Source: a virus. From it: a DNA stretch of 40,338 bases. Position numbers and translations under genes: made by a program. The notes beneath the pieces were generated by a model. That model was not told the origin of the DNA, made no database searches, and worked only from the letters and a program-made list of their open reading frames with translations. Location of the stretch: positions 1 through 40,338 of IMG/VR virus record IMGVR_UViG_3300030438_000023; one strand, 5' to 3'. Numbering within the stretch: the first letter of the stretch is position 1; every line of letters begins with the position of its first letter. Below, piece after piece: positions 7,730 to 13,814 of this stretch.

Positions 7730-8012
7730 CGCTGATAAACTGGTTGATATGCTATATGACAATGAGTTTGCTGTACTTTGCCCGTTGGATGAAGTAAGCG
7801 GAGTAGTTGACGCTTGCCCCACCGTGGATGCCGTAGTTGTGACACGGTGCGAGGACTGCAAGCACTTCAAGAGCTACGGAACGACGTCGCTACGCATAGA
7901 TGGAAAAAACATCAAGGCTGGGTGGTGTCATAGACGGGCTCGGTACGACGAGGAGTACAGGATGCCGCCGGACGGTTTCTGCTCCTACGGCGAGAGGAAG
8001 GACGGCACATGA
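7716..8012 (+). CDS. hypothetical Cys-rich protein, paralog A'
   Basis: ATG 7716 follows GGAGGTG. Contains PTVDAVVVTRCEDCKHF...FCSYGERKDG, which parallels 7149..7433. Confidence 0.6.
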   Translation: MRTIDADKLVDMLYDNEFAVLCPLDEVSGVVDACPTVDAVVVTRCEDCKHFKSYGTTSLRIDGKNIKAGWCHRRARYDEEYRMPPDGFCSYGERKDGT

Positions 8013-8137
8013 TCCGCATCATCATCGACATTGGGGACCACGGCGACAAGCTGGCGACCAAGGAGGCCGTGGCAATGGCACTTGAGCAGTTCGGCAAGGT
8101 GCGCGTGGTCATGGTGACAGACGGGAGGGGAAAATGA
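8009..8137 (+). CDS. small hypothetical protein (42 aa)
   Basis: ATGA-type overlaps at both ends (8009 and 8134) fill the gap exactly. Below the ORF-track cutoff. Confidence 0.4.
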   Translation: MIRIIIDIGDHGDKLATKEAVAMALEQFGKVRVVMVTDGRGK

Positions 8138-8541
8138 GCCTGACGGCATCTGACCTTGCGCGCCTCGGGCCTGCGGCACAAAAACAAGTGGTTGAAAAGG
8201 TACTTGCTCAAAAAACGGGCAAGTACCACAACCGCAAAACCGTGCGGCATGGCATCACGTTTGACAGCAAGCACGAGGCAGACCGCTACGATGAGCTGCG
8301 GCTGCTGCTGAAAGCGGGGAAAATACACGATTTGAAGCTACAGCAGACGTACAAGCTCGTGGGGGCGCAGAGAACGCCCACAGGAGCCGCTGTGAGGTCG
8401 GTTACATACATAGCCGACTTCGTGTATACCCGCGACGGGAAAACGGTCGTAGAGGACGCAAAGGGCTTTAAGACAAAGGACTATATCATCAAGAAAAAGC
8501 TGATGCTGGAGCGATTCGGCATCTGGGTGGAGGAAGTGTAA
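8134..8541 (+). CDS. DUF1064-like protein (PD-(D/E)xK-type, putative resolvase)
   Basis: Pattern KYHNRKT..GITFDSKHEADRY.EL..L...G.I..L..Q....L.........YIADFVY...DG...VEDAKG.KT.DY.IKKKL, as I recall for DUF1064. Confidence 0.7.
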   Translation: MSLTASDLARLGPAAQKQVVEKVLAQKTGKYHNRKTVRHGITFDSKHEADRYDELRLLLKAGKIHDLKLQQTYKLVGAQRTPTGAAVRSVTYIADFVYTRDGKTVVEDAKGFKTKDYIIKKKLMLERFGIWVEEV

Positions 8542-8763
8542 ATGGCAAATCAAAGCGAAACACTCTGCTGGACCTGTAAGAACGCCTGCGGGAAATGCCC
8601 TTGGTCGGAATGCGACAAGGAAATGCGGAAACTGAAGTGGCAGCCGGTGGAAGGCTGGCGTGCGATCAGGACAAAGGTTTTGATGAATTCTTGCGGCGGC
8701 GCTCGCAGGCATTACGAAACAAGCTACATTGTCACGGCCTGTCCGCAGTACGAGGTGGGATGA
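8542..8763 (+). CDS. hypothetical Cys-rich protein (73 aa)
   Basis: Starts 1 nt after the upstream stop. Contains CWTCKNACGKCPWSEC. Confidence 0.55.
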   Translation: MANQSETLCWTCKNACGKCPWSECDKEMRKLKWQPVEGWRAIRTKVLMNSCGGARRHYETSYIVTACPQYEVG

Positions 8764-8764
8764 C

Positions 8765-8953
8765 ATGAGCTGCTTTAACTGTCAGGAGCGGCGCGTCGGC
8801 TGTCATTCGACCTGTGAGCGATACGCTGTGTGGCTGCAAGAAAAGAAAGAGGCAAAAAGCAACGAAACGGCCAGCATAGCCGAAGAAAGCGCGATGATCA
8901 ATTACATTCAGAGGTCAAAAGACCGATACAAACGGAGGGTGGGGAGAAAATGA
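8765..8953 (+). CDS. hypothetical Cys-rich protein (62 aa)
   Basis: ATG 8765. Contains CFNCQERRVGCHSTCERY and a basic C-terminus. Confidence 0.5.
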   Translation: MSCFNCQERRVGCHSTCERYAVWLQEKKEAKSNETASIAEESAMINYIQRSKDRYKRRVGRK

Positions 8954-9165
8954 TCGAATTTCCCTATTGCGTCTATCCGGCGCTGAAAAAGGTTTTCTGC
9001 GAGCGGCAGTACACGCGCCGCCAGCTTGCCGATGCGGTAGGTATTTCCAAAAGCAACGTCTGGTGGTGGCTGTCGGGCAACAATCAGCATACCATTGACG
9101 TGATCAAAGGCATCCTCAGAGAGAGCGGCCTGACGTTTGAGGAAGCGTTTGGAGGTGCAGAATGA
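8950..9165 (+). CDS. HTH DNA-binding protein (71 aa)
   Basis: ATGA-coupled start. YTRRQLADAVGISKSNVWWWLSG is an HTH-like segment. Confidence 0.55.
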   Translation: MIEFPYCVYPALKKVFCERQYTRRQLADAVGISKSNVWWWLSGNNQHTIDVIKGILRESGLTFEEAFGGAE

Positions 9166-9365
9166 AAGTAGGCGACAAGGTGCGGGCGCAGTTTATGACG
9201 GTACCGGAGGAGTTTCCGGGCAACGCGCGCGGCGAAAAGCTGTACCCGCTCCGCACCGGCGTGGTGACGTACATCCATCCGCAGCGGCGCTATGTGACCG
9301 TGGCGATCATGGTAGACGGCAAGGAGATCAAAGAGAGTTTCCGACCGGAGGAGGTGCTGGCATGA
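9162..9365 (+). CDS. hypothetical protein (67 aa)
   Basis: ATGA-coupled start. The pattern ..GVVTYIHPQRRYVTV....GKEIKESF is one I recall in Clostridia mobile elements. Function unknown. Confidence 0.55.
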   Translation: MKVGDKVRAQFMTVPEEFPGNARGEKLYPLRTGVVTYIHPQRRYVTVAIMVDGKEIKESFRPEEVLA

Positions 9366-9601
9366 ACGCGTTTCCCGAGCGCTTGAAGCGCTTACGGGAG
9401 AGAAAGAGAATAAAGCAATATGTCTTATCTGAACTGTGCGGTCTGCACCGTGACGCGGTGAGGCGGTACGAGGCGGGGGAGGCTACGCCCACAACGGACG
9501 CATTGGAAAGCATCGCCGATAAATTCGGGGTGTCGGTCGATTATCTGCTCGGACGGACGGATAATCCGATGACCGTGGACGATTATCTAAAAAAATTTTG
9601 A
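9362..9601 (+). CDS. XRE-family HTH transcriptional regulator (79 aa)
   Basis: Motif RLKRLRERKRIKQYVLSELCGLHRDAVRRYEAGEATPTTDALESIADKFGVSVDYLLGRTD. This is the last gene of the early block. Confidence 0.75.
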   Translation: MNAFPERLKRLRERKRIKQYVLSELCGLHRDAVRRYEAGEATPTTDALESIADKFGVSVDYLLGRTDNPMTVDDYLKKF

Positions 9602-9647
9602 AAATTCCCCTTTTAAGGGGAAAAATAAGAAAAACCTATGCAAAAAT

Positions 9648-9688
9648 AGAGGCGTGATGGGGCGAGGCTCTTCACGCCTCTGCTTTTT
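9648..9688 (+). terminator. rho-independent terminator closing the early block
   Basis: 10-bp stem AGAGGCGTGA/TCACGCCTCT, 14-nt loop, then GCTTTTT. Confidence 0.7.
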
Positions 9689-10000
9689 CATCTGTTTCCT
9701 CCTCCCTTGATAGCCCGCCCTTCGGGGCGGGCAGTTGAGGGCAATATGCGGCATAGGTGCCCCGTAAGGGGAGACCACAGCGAGTGACGGGGACTTTCCC
9801 TGAAGCGCTAAAGCAGGGCGGGACTGCAATGCCGTACCAATCACACAAGCGGGCGAGGAAGCGCGAGAAGTTAAGTACACACAAGCTGTGGCCACAGCGG
9901 CGGACAGTTAATCCGCAAAAACAGTGTGCGGCTGATGAAAAGGCGCAGCGCAGTGTGATTGTGCTGGCAGCTCGGAAAGACGAGCACCCACCCCCTCAAT

Positions 10001-10072
10001 GCAGACGTAGCTCAGTCGGTAGAGCACCGCGCCCGGAGGCGGATGCAGGTTCAAACCCTGCCGTCTGTTCCA
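10001..10072 (+). tRNA. tRNA-like gene 1, non-canonical anticodon arm (possibly a pseudo-tRNA)
   Basis: Canonical parts: acceptor GCAGACG/CGTCTGT, D arm GCTC-AGTCGGTA-GAGC, T arm GCAGG-TTCAAAC-CCTGC, encoded CCA. Only 19 nt lie between the D and T arms, where 23 are expected. The best helix there is 4 bp (CCGC/GCGG) around GCCCGGAG, leaving a 2-nt variable region. Confidence 0.4.
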
Positions 10073-10252
10073 AGTCCTAAAGCTGACAGCGTACAGGGGT
10101 GCACGAAGGACATGCCCAAACTTGGCGAGCGCCGCATCCCGTCAGCAAGGCCCAGCTCTGGGAAAGGCCGTTCGATTTGCCCGCGTTGAATCGAGCGTTA
10201 CTTAGAATACGGGGACCGCTCAGTTCAGGTCGTATCCGTAAACGCGGGACAC

Positions 10253-10330
10253 GCAGACGTAGCTCAGTTGGTAGAGCACCGGACTTCGTGAGCCGGTATG
10301 TCGTGGGTCCGAGCCCCACCGTCTGCACCA
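10253..10330 (+). tRNA. tRNA-like gene 2, expanded anticodon loop containing TTCGT (Thr-CGU-like)
   Basis: Canonical parts: acceptor GCAGACG/CGTCTGC, D arm GCTC-AGTTGGTA-GAGC, T arm GTGGG-TCCGAGC-CCCAC, discriminator A, encoded CCA. The anticodon helix ACCGG/CCGGT encloses 10 nt ACTTCGTGAG, or 8 nt if A.G closes the loop. Confidence 0.5.
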
Positions 10331-10742
10331 TAGGCGTGACCTCTTGCCTCGCAGCCGCACGGAGCGTAAGCCTGCGGAAGTGGTCTTTCCTGTGCGCTGT
10401 ACGAAAGCGGCAGGACGAAGAAATTTATGTATTGGCTGGCACCGGCTTTGTAAAGATGAACGGATGCGACCGACGTACCGGCGCAGGGCTGAAAAGTTCC
10501 GTGGGATACCGGCATTGCTGCACTCTGCGCGAGTGCCGAGGCGTTCAATGGATGTGGTGTGGTGGCGGCAATCGTATGATTAGGCCGCTGTGTAAGCAAT
10601 TCAAACAGAGCGCAATGCCGGAACCCTGTGAAAAGACTAACGCCCAATGTGGGCGGCGTTGTAGCCCATCGGGGCGGGTAAAGTCTGCTATGTAAGGCCA
10701 AGGGGCGGGGGCTGGTAGCAAAAAACGAAAGGAAGTGAGCGT

Positions 10743-11156
10743 ATGGCTGGCGGAGCGCCAAGAAAATGGAAAAGCGTAAAGGCAATGCAGGAAGCTATTG
10801 ACGTTTACTTCAAAAGGTGCGCAGGCGAACCGTTTATCGGAGATGACGGCTGCGCTGTGCGAGATAAGTACGGGGTGCCGATTATCATCAACGCAAAGCC
10901 GCCGACAATCACAGGGCTTGCATTGGCGCTTGGATTCACAGGGAGACAAGCGCTGCTGGATTATCAAGCAAGGCCGGAGTTCGCGGACACGGTTACGCGC
11001 GCGAAGTCCCGCTGCGAGGAATACGCCGAATCTCGGCTTTACGACAAAGACGGTGCGAACGGCGCGAAATTCTCGCTTGGCTGCAATTTCGGCTGGCGTG
11101 AAGTGAACGAGACAAAAATAAGCACGGATTCCGTCAAGGTGGTTATTGATGTCTGA
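10743..11156 (+). CDS. terS: terminase small subunit
   Basis: Pattern KPPTITGLALALGFTGRQALLDY....EF...V..AK..CE.Y.E..L......NGAKF.L..NFGW is typical of TerS. It lies directly upstream of TerL. Confidence 0.75.
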   Translation: MAGGAPRKWKSVKAMQEAIDVYFKRCAGEPFIGDDGCAVRDKYGVPIIINAKPPTITGLALALGFTGRQALLDYQARPEFADTVTRAKSRCEEYAESRLYDKDGANGAKFSLGCNFGWREVNETKISTDSVKVVIDV

Positions 11157-12423
11157 TATTCTCTTGTCAGAAAAAATCGGCTCGGCTTTTTACGATGTGG
11201 CTCACGATGTGTTCCATCATGGTCACACGCACTACGATTTTAGCGGCGGGCGCGGCTCGTTAAAGTCGTCCACGGTGTCTGTATTCGTCCCCCTGTTGCT
11301 GATAAACAATCCGGGCACGCACGCGCTTGTGCTACGCAAGGTGGCAAACACGATCCGCGATAGCGTTTATGCGCAGTACATTTGGGCAATCGGGGAGCTT
11401 GGCATGGCAGCGTATTGGGAAGCAAAGGTTTCCCCGATGGAGCTGATCTATAAGCCTACCGGGCAGAAGATCATGTTCCGGGGCGCTGATGACCCCATGA
11501 AAATCAAATCTATCAAAGTGCCGTTTGGCTATATTGCCGTGACGCACTTTGAGGAAAAAGACCAATTTGCCGGACGTGCGGAAATCCGAACCATTTTGCA
11601 GTCCACAATGCGCGGTGGCTCGGTGTTTTGGAATTTTGAAAGCTATAACCCGCCTATTTCGCGTGACAACTGGGCGAACAAGGACAGTTTGGAAGAACGC
11701 GCTGACCGCTTATGCCATAAGTCAACATATCTGCAAGCCCCGCCTGAGTGGCTGGGACAGCAGTTTATCGATGAGGCGGAACACTTAAAAGAGACGGACG
11801 AGCGTGCATATCAGCACGAATATCTCGGCATTCCGGTCGGCACGGGTGGCAATGTGTTTGAAAATTTGGAGTTGCGAGAGATTACCGACGAAGAAATTTC
11901 GCAGTTCGACCGCATTTATAACGGCGTTGACTGGGGCTATTTCCCCGACCCGTGGGCATTTAACCGTTGCCATTACGACGCCGCGAGACGAACACTATAC
12001 ATTTTTGCGGAAATGACCGCAAACAAAAAGAGAAACAAAGAAACGGCTGATATGCTGATTGATTATGGGCTGACCCGAGATGACCTCATCACCGCAGACG
12101 GCGCAGAGCCTAAGAGCGTCGCGGACTATCAAAAGTTCGGCTTGCGCTGCATCAGCGCAAGAAAAGGGCCGGGAAGTATTGACCGCTCCATGCAGTGGTT
12201 GCAAGGCTTGTCGAGCATTGTAATTGACAAGGTAAAATGCCCCAAAACGGCAGAAGAATTTATTTCCTATGAGTACGAAAGGAACCGCGATGGAGAGATC
12301 ATCAGCGGTTATCCTGATGCAAACAACCACCATATTGATGCGTGCCGATATGCGACGGAATCGATATGGAAAGTGCCCGGACAAAAGGGCAAGAGCGATT
12401 ATACTCCCATTTGGAACAGATAG
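11146..12423 (+). CDS. terL: terminase large subunit (PBSX/Terminase_3-like)
   Basis: Walker-A-like GGRGSLKSS, LVLRKV..T.R.S.Y, FRGADDP, and C-terminal nuclease acidic motifs (GVDWGY.PDP, HHIDACRY). Confidence 0.9.
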   Translation: MMSDILLSEKIGSAFYDVAHDVFHHGHTHYDFSGGRGSLKSSTVSVFVPLLLINNPGTHALVLRKVANTIRDSVYAQYIWAIGELGMAAYWEAKVSPMELIYKPTGQKIMFRGADDPMKIKSIKVPFGYIAVTHFEEKDQFAGRAEIRTILQSTMRGGSVFWNFESYNPPISRDNWANKDSLEERADRLCHKSTYLQAPPEWLGQQFIDEAEHLKETDERAYQHEYLGIPVGTGGNVFENLELREITDEEISQFDRIYNGVDWGYFPDPWAFNRCHYDAARRTLYIFAEMTANKKRNKETADMLIDYGLTRDDLITADGAEPKSVADYQKFGLRCISARKGPGSIDRSMQWLQGLSSIVIDKVKCPKTAEEFISYEYERNRDGEIISGYPDANNHHIDACRYATESIWKVPGQKGKSDYTPIWNR

Positions 12424-12458
12424 GACGGTGAGCGGCTATCAAAACATATAACGACCTT

Positions 12459-13814
12459 GTGGCGGTCGGTGAAAACGAGCAGGCGCGCATTGAGTTTGTC
12501 CGCAGCACGATCAATGAGCACCGCGAGAGCACGGCGTATAAAACGGCGGTGGATGCGGAGGAATATTACAACGGTCTGAATCCGACCATCAACCGCTATG
12601 AGAAGATCATCTATGATATGCAGGGACGTTCCCACACGGATATGTGGACGGCAAACCACAAGCTGGCCAGCCGCTTCTTTGGTCTGGCGGTCGATCAGGA
12701 GGTTTCCTATCTTCTGGGTAACGGCGTAACCTTTGCGGAGAAGGAAACGCCGAGCAAGCTATGCCCGGACTTTGACCAGGAAGTCATGGACGCGGCACGT
12801 GAGGCAAAAATCGCGGGCGTGTCCTTCGGCTTTTGGGATTTGACGCATTTGCGGGTGTTCTCCCTGCTTGAGTTCGTCCCCCTCTACGATGAGGAAGACG
12901 GTGCGATGAAAGCCGGCATCCGGTTCTGGCAGGTGGCACAGGATAAGCCGTTGAGAGCGACGCTGTACGAGCTGGATGGCTTTACCGAGTATTTTCAGCC
13001 AAAGAACAAAGATATGAGCGTATTGCAGGAAAAGCGCAGCTACAAGCTCGTTATCCGCAAGGCCGAAGTTGGCGAAACCGAAATCTACGACGGCGGGAAC
13101 TATCCGAGTTTCCCCATCGTGCCGCTGAAAAACAATAAGCGGTGTCTATCCGAGATCGCCGGCAAGCGCAACACCATCGACGCGCTCGATCTTGCGTCCT
13201 CGAACATGGTCAACAACGTGGACGAGGGCAACCTGATTTATTGGGTGCTGTCCAACTGCAACGGCATGGATGATCTGGATGATGCGAAGTTTGTGGAGCG
13301 GCTCAAAACGCTGCATGTGGCCCACGCAGACGGCGACGACGGCGTAAAGGTGGAGAGCAAGACCATTGAGGCACCCTATGAAGGCACGAGCAGCACCATT
13401 GATATGCTCAAGAAAAAGCTGTACGAAGATTTCCAGTGCTTTGACGCTGCGGCGGTATCCGCAGGCAACCAGACGGCAACCGCAATCAAGGCCAGCTATG
13501 TGCCGCTGGATCTGAAAACGGACAAGTTTGAATCCGAGGTCACGCGGTTTATTGTTGAGATTCTGCGTCTGGCAGGCATTGAAGACCAGCCGAGTTACAC
13601 GCGCAATCAGATCATCAACAAGAGCGAGGAAACGCAGAACATCCTCCTGGGCGCGGCGTATTACGATGACGAATACATCACGAAGAAGCTGCTGACCATC
13701 AACGGCGACATTGACCAATACGAGGATATGGCAAAGCGGAAGGCAGCGGAAGAGATTGACCGCAGTCTTGCGGAACCGGATGCGCCGGAGGTGAACGGCG
13801 ATGGCGAACAGTGA
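12459..13814 (+). CDS. portal protein (SPP1 gp6-like)
   Basis: 451 aa, GTG start, position after TerL. Conserved stretches include YY.G....I and ...HKLASRFFG..V.Q.VSYLLGNGV. Confidence 0.85.
   Translation: MAVGENEQARIEFVRSTINEHRESTAYKTAVDAEEYYNGLNPTINRYEKIIYDMQGRSHTDMWTANHKLASRFFGLAVDQEVSYLLGNGVTFAEKETPSKLCPDFDQEVMDAAREAKIAGVSFGFWDLTHLRVFSLLEFVPLYDEEDGAMKAGIRFWQVAQDKPLRATLYELDGFTEYFQPKNKDMSVLQEKRSYKLVIRKAEVGETEIYDGGNYPSFPIVPLKNNKRCLSEIAGKRNTIDALDLASSNMVNNVDEGNLIYWVLSNCNGMDDLDDAKFVERLKTLHVAHADGDDGVKVESKTIEAPYEGTSSTIDMLKKKLYEDFQCFDAAAVSAGNQTATAIKASYVPLDLKTDKFESEVTRFIVEILRLAGIEDQPSYTRNQIINKSEETQNILLGAAYYDDEYITKKLLTINGDIDQYEDMAKRKAAEEIDRSLAEPDAPEVNGDGEQ

Noticed and set aside
9791-9799. ggactttcc, whose reverse complement GGAAAGTCC matches the universally conserved CR-I core of RNase P RNA
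   Set aside because: It is only a 9-nt match. I could not find the other conserved RNase P elements (for example the ACAGAAcccGGCTTA-type CR-V region, or P4 pairing partners) on the minus strand nearby.
9757-10695. + strand ORFs 9757..10080 (107 aa) and 10099..10695 (198 aa) in the intergenic region
   Set aside because: Both run through the tRNA-like genes and the hairpins. The products are Arg/Pro/Ser-rich, and there is no SD. The region is better explained as non-coding RNA or regulatory DNA.
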